NCBI GenBank assembly: GCA_001724265.1
Contig: MEDY01000028.1
Span: 1 to 64,000, forward strand
From: Rhizaria sp. SCN 62-66
Taxonomy: Eukaryota
DNA: 64,000 nucleotides
Reading direction: 5' to 3'
The position numbers and the translations under genes are program-made. Positions 48,334-57,567 of this stretch are shown here, one piece after another; position 1 is the first letter of the stretch; each line of letters begins with the position of its first letter. The notes below the pieces were generated by a model. It saw nothing but the letters and a program-made list of their open reading frames with translations. It had not been told where the DNA came from and ran no database searches.

Positions 48334-51300
48334 TTACTTGCTGCGGGCAGCACCGGCGCCACGACCGCGGCCGCCGCGACCTCCACGGCCGCCGCGCCCC
48401 CCGCGGCCGCCGCCCCCGGTGGCACCAGCGCCGTCACCAAAAATGTCGTCGCCGTCGCCATCGCCCGTGTCAGCCCCTGCGCCAGTGGCAGCTCTACCGC
48501 CGCCGCTGTTGATGTCGTCAAGGTCGTCGCCGTCGGCGTCGCCCGCGGCACCCGCGCCGCCCTCAGCTGCGCGCATCGCAGCCTCCATCATACGCGCCAT
48601 GGGGTCCTCGTCAGCGGCGCCGCCGGCGCTCTCGTCCTCCTCCTCGTCCTCGCCGTCAGCTGCAGCAGCGACGCCCGCAGCGGCGGCATCGGCGGCAGCG
48701 GCCCCGTCGCCGCCGTCCGCGCCAGCGCCCGCGGCCCCGTCGCCGCCCGCAACGGCGCCCGCGGCGGCCCCGTCGGCGTCGTCGGCCTTCCATGCGAGGC
48801 CGCCAGAGTAGACCGTAGCCTGAATCGAGTGCTTGACCTTAGCGCGGCGCAAGATGTGTTCCTCGACGGTGCCCGTGCAAGCAAGACGGTAGATGGTGAC
48901 GGGCTTCTTCTGCCCAATGCGGTGCACGCGGTCCATGGCCTGCGCGTCCATCGTCGGGTTCCAATCGTTGTCATAGAAGATCACCGTGTCAGCCGCAGTG
49001 AGGTTGATGCCCAGTGCGCCCGCGCGCGTGGAGAGCATGAAGACGAAGTAGTCCTTGTTTTCGGTGAACTCACGCACCATGTCGCGCCGGTCCGCGAGCT
49101 CCGTGCCACCGTCAAGACGGAAGTACTTGTGCTTGACCTGCTTCATCACGTCCTCGAGCAGGTCCAGCACTTGCGTGAACTGCGAGAAAATGAGCACGCG
49201 GTGGCCCTCGCGCCGCAGCTGCCGCAGCAGCTTCACAAGGCGCTGCATCTTGCCAGACTCGGCCAGTAGGCGCTCCAGCGGCGCGGGCGCGCGCACGGCG
49301 GCCCACGGCGCGTCGCCGCCCGCATCTGTGGCTGCCGGAATCAGCGGCGCCAGCGCTAGCGTGGGCGGGGCCGCCAGCGCGGCGGCCGTCGCCAGCGCGG
49401 GCCACACGGCGCGCGCGTAGCGGGCGAGCTCCACTGCCTCGGAGTCGACGCGCGCAAGGCGGTGGCGCCAGTGCACGCGGCGCTTATACCCGGGGCCCTT
49501 GGCACCCGCCGCGGCCGCCTCTGCGGCCTCTGCGGCGGCGGCGGCGGCGGCGTTGGCCGCGGCCTCCTCCTCGGTCACCAGCGGGTCGACGGGCACGGGC
49601 GTCGCGAGCACCGTCACAGTCGACAGCGGCGCCGGCAGCGGCAGCAGCGACACAGGCACGCTCTGCGCGCCGGGGTGCGTAGCGCGCGCGGCGCGCATCA
49701 GCCGGTCGGCGAGCGCGAGCATCGGCATCGCGCCCACGGCCAAGGCGAGCGCGTCCGAGGGCGCGTCGTACAGTGGGAGCGCAACGGCAACCGGGCCTGT
49801 GGGCGGCGCGGTGGACGACGACGGGTACGTCACCAGGGCCTCAGTCGCGGACAGCGCAGGCGTCGCGACGGCGGCGGCAGCAGCGGCTGCCGCGGCCGCC
49901 GCGGGCGAAAGGCCGACATGCGGCACGGGCGCGAGCGCGGTGGGCTCGTTGGCCTTGGAGGTGCCCTTTTTGCCGTCGGTTCCGTCAGCGTCGTCGTTGT
50001 TCGCGTCGCCCTCAGCAGCGTCGCCAGCGTCGTCGTTGCCTTCCTCCTCTTCATCGTCGTCATCGTCGCCGCCTTCGGCGCCAGTGCGCGGCGCCGAGAG
50101 CGCGGGAACGTGGAACTCGGGTCCGCGGCACTCGTTCGCAACGCGGATGTCGCACAGCAGCGACACCGACGCCGGCAGCACGGCACCCGCACCCGCCGGC
50201 CACCACGCCCCCGCGGGCGCAAGCAGCGAGCGCTGTGGCGTGTAATGACCCGCAACCGCGTTGGCCGTCGCCGACGCGCGCGTGTTGGCGCCCGTCAGCA
50301 GCGCAAGCTCCCAGCCATTGGTGAGGTAGCCGAAGCGCGCGCGCGCCGAGCCCGCGGCGTGGGGCACGATCGGCGGCGCGCTCGCGATGGGCAGCGCCAC
50401 GCACACCACGCTCAGCAACGGGCGCGCGCGCGCAAGCCACGCCGCCGGGTCCGCGCAATGAAGCGAGTCGAGCGCGAGCAGCCCCGCTGTCGAGGGCAGC
50501 GATAGCAGGCGCGCGCGGTGGCGCTGCGCGACGGCGAGTCCGCGCGGCGACCACAGCATCGGCGTGTTGGAGAAGCCGACCGCGGTGCTCAGCGCGGACG
50601 CGGCGCCTGCGTCGGCAGTGGGCTGCAGGCCGAAGAGCGAGAGGAACGTGTCCTCGACGTCCAGCGGCACGTCGCCAGCAAGCACAGTGCTCTGACCAGC
50701 AGCCAGAGTCGGCCTCGCCTCGACAACGGGCGCGGGTGCAGAGGTAGACGCGGGCAGCGCAGTGTTAGATGCACCTGCGCTAGTAGCCGCAGCCGCAGTG
50801 GCAGCGGCAGCCTCCGTGGCGTCAAGCATTTGAACGAGCGGAAGCGCGTCCGCGGCGGCGCGCGCGGCGGCCTGAGACAGCAGCTGCGCGCGCGTGCGCG
50901 AGCGGCCGTAGCCGTCGTGCAGCGTGAGGAACGCGTGGGGGTCGTCATTCGCGCGCGGGGCGCGACTGGGCGTGAGTGCCGACGGCAGCGCGGGCAGTGC
51001 GGGCAGCGGCGTGAGCACGTCGTCGAACAGAGCGCGGCCTGAGCACGGCGCGCGCGGGTACAGGCGCAGCGCCGCTGCGGTGGCAGACTCGGAGGCTGCG
51101 TCGGCATCGTCCAGCGCGCGGCGCGCGGCCAGCAGCGCCGCGGGGGACGCAAAGCAGCGGCCCTGCACAGCAGCGTCAGCGCTATCGCGAGCGGGCAGCT
51201 GCAGCTGCGCGGAGACGCGGTAGTGGCGCACGCGCTGCTCGCGGTCGCGCTCAGCGATGATGTGCGCAAGGAAACGAGAGAGCGCGCCTGCGGAGCGCGC

Positions 51301-54300
51301 GAACTCGACCTCACCCGCCGACAGTGACGCAAAGCGCGTGAAGCTGAAAGCAGAGTTCGCGAGCACAGTCGAGTTGCCCTGCGTTGAGCTAGAGCGCATG
51401 CAGTCGGTCAGAGATGCATGGACGCGGTCAGAGCGGAAGATAGAGAGCTCCGAGCACAGTAGGCGCTGGCGCGCGGCGACTGAGGGAGTGGCAGAGAGCT
51501 CGATGCCGCGCCACTCAGCCTCGACGCCGCTGCACGCCGAGCGCGCAGTGCGCAGTGCGCCGCCGCTGATCCCCGAGGCGTCACCAGCACGGCCCGCGAG
51601 CGCGGCCGCCAGCGCAGCGGCGACGCCCGTGAGCGGGGCGCCAGCGGCCGGGGCAGCAACGACGGGGCGCAGCACGCGCAGCGAGCGCATGTCAGCGTCC
51701 CACGCCGCTGCGGGGTCGGCGCCGGGGCGCGCGCGAGGACCACGCCAGACGTCGACGCCCGCGGGGTCAAGCAGATCGAGGTCAAGCACAAGGCGCGGCA
51801 GCAGGTAGCTGATGGCGTTGCCGTAGAGCCCCGCCGACAGCGGCGCGACAAGGTCGCGGTACGGCAGCGTCGCGGCCGCGCTCGCGGACGCGCCGGCGGG
51901 AGCCGCGGCCTGCTCGGCGGCGCCAGCAGAGCCGCGCACGGGAAGGCACAGTGTGTAGGGCTGCGTGAAGGAGAACGGCGTGGTGGCCTGCGGTGGCGAG
52001 AAAACGTGCGTGTGGTTACACGCCTTGCGCAGCTGCATCACCGTGTTGACGGCATCGGACGACGACAACGCCGTCGCGACCGCGCCGGAGCCGCCCGCGC
52101 CGCCTGCCCCACCGGCGCCACGCGCGCCCGCGCCACTGTGCACGGCAGCGAAGGCGGCTGACAAGGCCGCGAGACGGCGCGCGGCGCGCTTGCTCGTGGG
52201 CGCCACTGCCGCCGTCGCCGTCGTGGCGGCGCGCGCGTCCGAGCTAGGCAGGAGCGCGCGCGCGGCGATGGCGGCGGCGTCGGTGTCGTCACCGGCCGCG
52301 ATCGGCGTCTCAGGTGCGGTGTATGCCGCAAGTGCGGTGGGCACAGGGTTGTAGTCGCCAAACAGCCACGAGGGCACCGCGGGCGCGGCGGGCGCAGCGG
52401 CACCAGCAGCGGCCGGGGCAGCGGCGGCAGAAGGCGCGGCGTAGCCTAGTGCGCTCATGGCGGCTGTGCCGCCGAGTCCCTCGTAGATCTTGCGCTGCGC
52501 GACGGAGAGGTAGCAGGGCACGAGGCGCTCGATCTTGGGCGCGAGCTCGTTCTGCACGTCGCGCTTGACGCGGCGCAACATGAAGGGTTTGAGCAGCACG
52601 TGCAACCTGCGCACCTGGTGTTGGTTGAAGCCCGTGACCTTGGCGATAACGGACGACGACGCGGACGCGGAGGAGCCCGCCACGGCTTCGGACTCGATGT
52701 CCTTGGCGAACCACTCGGAGAACTCATCGTGCGAGTCGAAAAACTCGGGCATAATGAAGTGCAGCAGCGCCCACAGCTCCGCCATCGAGTTCTGGATCGG
52801 CGTGCCCGTGAGCAGCAGACGGTTGCGGCAGCGCAGCGACAACAGCGTCTTCCAGCGCTGTGACATGGCGTTCTTGATGGCCTGCGCTTCGTCGAGGATC
52901 ATGAACTGCCATTGCAGACGCGAGAAGTACGGATGGTCCTGCACCACGATGTTGTACGACGTCACCAGCACGTGGAACGGCGCCGACTCGACGTACAGGT
53001 GCTTCGGGTTCCAGAACTTACGCAGCACTTTACGTTCAGCCTGCGTGCCCCAGTACGGCAGCGCGCGCAGACGCGGGCAGAACTTGGTGAGCTCCTGCTG
53101 CCACTGGTGCAGCGTCGAGTTGGGGCACACGACGAGGAACGGCCCCCAAATGTTGCGCGAGCACGCCAGATACGCCAACAGTGCAATGGCCTGGATCGTC
53201 TTGCCGAGACCCATTTCGTCGGCCAAAATGCCGTTGATACCTTGGTCGTAGAGGTGCACGAGCCAGTTGAGACCCTTGCGTTGATAGGGCTTGAGTTCGC
53301 CCACGAACGACGATGGTTCGACGATTTCACCGTCGCCGGGCGCGGGCGCGCTCTCTAGCGCAGCGGCAGCCGTGCCCTCGTCGCCCTCGCCCATGCCGCG
53401 CACCAGCGCCGCCTGCGCGGCCGCGGCCGCGGCGGCCTCGGCCATGGCGTCGGCCGCGTCGGCGTCGCAGTTGAGCGCGCGCGCCTCGGCCTGCGCGATC
53501 ACGGCGGCAGAAGTGCCGGCGAGAATCGCAGCGTCGTTGCCGCGCGAGTGCTCGAATGACTTGGACAGCGACTGTGCGGCTGCAAGCTCGCGCTTGTACT
53601 TGTCCGCGTTAGCTTGCACGTTAGATATGTAGCTCGACGTCGCGAGCTGCGCCTCTTCGTCGATGTTGTCGCCCTCAGCATTGCCGCCGGCGACGGGCGC
53701 GAATGTCTGCGTGACGTGGCCGCGGTCGGGCACGTCCATGCCAAGCCGCTTGCCGATGAAGTGCGAGAAGATCTCCGTCTGCGTGAGCATGAACTGCAGT
53801 TTGCGCCGCTGCCGCTCGCCCTCGCGTTCCTCTTCCTCCCGCTTGCGCCGCTCGTCGTCCTCCTTGAGCTGGCGCTTGAGCAGCTCGCTGGCGTCGCGCT
53901 CGTGGCGCCGCCAGTACTGCGCCATCTCGCGCACGAGCTTCTTGGTGCGCTGCGGCACATCGCGCGTGCCGCGGTACGTGCGCGCAAACCGACGGCGCAG
54001 CACCACCGTCACGGCAGCGGCCACAGCGCGCACGCGCAGCTGCGCCACGGCCCGCGCCGCGCGCATCGCCGCCGCGCCAGCGGACACGGCCTCGGCGACA
54101 TCGGCCCACACACTGCGCGCGCGCCCGCACGGCAGCAGCTGCGGCAGTAGCACATCTTCCTCGGCCGTGTATCGCGAGGTCAACGCAGTCGCCGTGGGCG
54201 CCGCGGGGAAGCGCGACGACATGACCGTGCGCAGGCCCAGCGGCACGAAGCCAGCGCGCTTGGCCGGCTGTGAAGCGTCTTGTTCGAGCTTCACCGTGAC

Positions 54301-56886
54301 AGCAGATGCGGGGACGGCAAAGTACGACGCGGCATCCGTCGCCCCCGCGGCCTCGAAAGCGGCGAGCGCGGCGGCAGTGCGCGCGCGCGCGGTCTCAGCG
54401 GCGGCTTCTGCGGCGGCGTGAGCGGCCCAGACCTGCTCCGGCACGCGCGGCGCGACGCCGGCGCCCATGACGTCGCATGGGGCCGCCGCGGGCACGGCCG
54501 CGAAGCGCGCGGGCAGTGTCTGCCGCGCGCACGCCGCCAGCAGCGCGAGGTCGGCGACGGCGTCCTCGGAGGCGTCATCCGCGCTCGCGCTCGCGGCAGC
54601 GGCCGCGGCGGCGGCAGCGGCGGCCGCGGCGTCTGCGCTATTGTCTTTGGCCGCGGTGGCGGCGGCGGCGGCGGCGGCGGCCTTGGCGGCGCGCTCGACC
54701 TCCGGCGCGGGCAGCTCTGTGTAGCGGCCCGCGAGTCCGCGCAGCGCGTGCCAAGCCAGCCAGCGCAGGCGCGCCACGGCGTCGGCCAGCGCCAGCCGCG
54801 CAGCCGCGGTCGCGGACAGCGCGTGCGCGCCGGCGGCAGCGCGGGTCAGGGCCTGCAGGCGGCGCCGAGCCGCGGTGGCCGCGTCGGTCGGCGCGCGCCG
54901 CTCTGTCGCTGCAGCAGCTGACTCAGCCTCTGAGGCAGTGACATTAGGCGCGATTTCGGCGTCGCTGGGGGGCAGCACGATGGGCGCGGGCGCCGAGGCC
55001 GCGACGGCGGCTGCGATGAACGCAGAGGGGTCGCGCGCAGCCACAGCAGCATCGGCGGAGCCCTCGGTTTTGACCTTGGCGGCGCTCGCACCAGCGGCGG
55101 TGTCGTCGTTGTCCTCGAGATCGGTGCCGTCGTTGGCCCAGTTGTTCGCGCCGGGCGCGGGGCGCGGCAGCGCGACCCCCGCGGCGGCCAGCACGGCCTC
55201 CGCGACTGTGTGCTCTCCCGCAGCCTTGGACTTGGCGTTGGTCCCCGCCTGCGCCGCCGCCGCTGCCGCCGCCGCAGTGTTATGCGTGGAGCGCGCGACG
55301 ATCTCGGCGGCCGCAGCGACGAGCGTAAGTCGGAGCGCGAGCGCGGGCGTCAGCTGCGGCGGCGGCAGCACCACGGCGGCCTCCGCGCCCGCGGTCGCGG
55401 CGGCGACGGCGGCGGCTACATCGGCTGCGCCCGCGGCGACGAAGGCCTCTGGCGCGCCCGTGGCCGCGGCGCCGGCCTTGGCCGCAAGCACGGCGAGCGC
55501 AACACCCGGCAGCCGGCGCGCGGAAAAGGCCGGAAAGCGCGCGGACAGCGCGGCTGCGAGCAGCCGCGCGAGCGCCGTCTCGTCACGCGCGGTCGAAACG
55601 ATGGGCTGCGCGTGGGCCGCGGCGCCGCGCGCGGCAGATGTGGCGCGTAGCCACGCGATCGTCGACGCCGGTGCGGACGCGGGCAGCGCGGAAGCCAGAC
55701 GGTTCAGCTCACCCAGGCGCGCCACCGCGGCAGAGAGGGCGGCAGACGACGCGCGTGGCGCACTGGGCGCCGACGTCGACGCAGACGCAGACGCGGCGGC
55801 AGCGGCGGCGGCGGCAGCAGAGGAAAAGACGGCGAGCGGGGTGCTGCTAGACGCAGACGCAGGCGCAGGCGCCGGGACAGACGCGGGCGGCGGCCGCTTG
55901 ATCTGGCTGGTCGCGGAGGGAACGGGAGCGGCTGCCGAAGGAGCGCCAGTGACGCCGAATGCACCCAGCGTGCCCTGTTGAGTTGCGCTAGTATGCGTGG
56001 GGGCGGGGGCGGGGGCGGGGGCCGCGGGCAGCGCGGCGGGCACGTCTGCGTCGCCGGAGCCGGGCACGCGCGCGCGCTTCACTGCGGGCTCCACGGCGTC
56101 CGCGCTGGCGCTTGATGAGGGCAATGGCGCAGTCGCAGTCGGAGCCGTCACGGGAGCAGGCGTGGCGGCGGTGGTGATAGGGACGCTGGGGCCGGCGGGC
56201 TCGGGCTTGACGGCCGCAGACACAGCGGGCACGACAGTGGCAGCAGCGGCGGCGGCAGGGGGTGGGCCATAGGCCTGCTGAGACCCAGGAGCGGCAGCAG
56301 CAGTGGGGGCAGAAACAGGGGACGCGGCAGCGGCAGACAGAAGCGTATGTTGTTGCATTTGCTGCTGTTGCTGCTGCTGCTGTTGGAGCATAAGCAGGTG
56401 TTGTTGTTGTTGTGCCTGCTGTTGCTGCTGCTGTTGCTGTTGAATGAGCAGCATTTGCTGCTGCTGCTGTTGTTGTTGCTGCTGCTGCTGTTGTTGCAGC
56501 TGATACATTGCCAGCTGTTGCTGCTGCAGCAGCAGCTGCTATTGTTGCTGTTGCTCAAGCGCGTGCTGCTGTTGCTGCTGCATCAACGCCTGCTGTTGTT
56601 GCTGCTGCTGTTGAAGCAGAAGCGCGGCCTGATGGCGCAGCAGCTGCGTCTGTGTAGCGGCGCGCTCGCAAGCGGCCTGCGCGGCGGCAGCGTGCGCCTG
56701 CAGACCGGCCAGCGTCTCGGGTGCCGCGCCCTGTGCCGCCGCGTCGGACAACGCGCGCTGCGCCGCCTGCGCCGCAAAACACGCCGCGGCGTACTCCGCG
56801 TCGGCCGCGGCGACCGCAGCGGAGACGGAGGCAGCAGCGGGCGCGGGGGTGGGGCCACCGGGAAAGCCGGCGGATGCGGAGTGCAT
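48334..56886 (-). CDS. INO80: INO80 chromatin-remodelling ATPase (~2850 aa); 1 in-frame TAG inside the N-terminal poly-Gln
   Basis: DBINO domain (KKLVREMAQYWRR..RQRRKLQFMLTQTEIFSHF), GILADEMGLGKT, LDEAQAIK, split helicase with a long insertion, STRAGALGINLTAAD, QAMDRVHRIGQ. The upstream ORF 56539-56886 is in frame across the TAG. TAA stop. Confidence 0.93.
56351..56612 (-). repeat. CAG/CAA poly-glutamine coding repeat in the INO80 N-terminus
   Basis: Runs of (ctg/ttg)n on the + strand. Confidence 0.9.
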
Positions 56887-57567
56887 CGAGTCAGAGAGGC
56901 GACTGGCGGTGGGTTATCGACGGCGCGAAAGCTGCCACGTAGATGTGTGTCGCCGAAATGTGTGTGAGTGTTGGAACTGAAAGATGAAGACGCTCTGGTA
57001 GTTCTAAGGTTGAGTGAGAGCAAAGGCGGGGAAATCATAAACGGTGAGTCGAACGAAGATAGCAGGATCGCAACAGCACTTGATCCAGGATTTATCTTAA
57101 AGACTTGCAGCAAAACAATGTGGCACGTGTCAGGTTCAAAAATAGAGCCAAGATACTACGTGTTTGGGAAGACTTCGGCATTGATTATGTCATGCCTTGC
57201 TGATTGTGCTCCTCAGGAGTGCACTCTGGGGAGCAGAGAGAATGATCTTGATTGGACTCACAGGAGAGCGGAGTTCACAACAGATATAATAACGCAACAC
57301 AGGCACACCATCACTCGGAAAACAGGCTGAAGCACATTGTAACACTCCCAACGGATGATAAAACGAGCGCGAGATGGGGCAATTGATGATCTGGTGCTAA
57401 GCCGCACAGAGCTGATTTTTGCGAACCGACCGACCGTTCGACTGTTCGACCACGAACAAGGGAGATGACCGAACGGGTCTTGATTTTGAGACTCTCGAAC
57501 GCAAACCGTTGCTCCTCTAGTCGCTTAACCTCTTTGAGCACTTAGCTGCGCTGCGTTTTTAGCTCAC

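Noticed and set aside
15539-56541. In-frame TAGs as intron acceptor sites
   Set aside because: The sequence upstream of each TAG is in-frame coding-like, without the T-rich intron composition or a nearby GTACG donor seen in the nine real introns.
15356-56886. In-frame TAGs as pseudogene lesions or as true ends of separate small genes
   Set aside because: Only TAG, never TAA, TGA or a frameshift, interrupts about 28 kb of coding frame. There is no AT-rich spacer at the breaks, unlike every real gene boundary here, and the INO80 motifs are intact.
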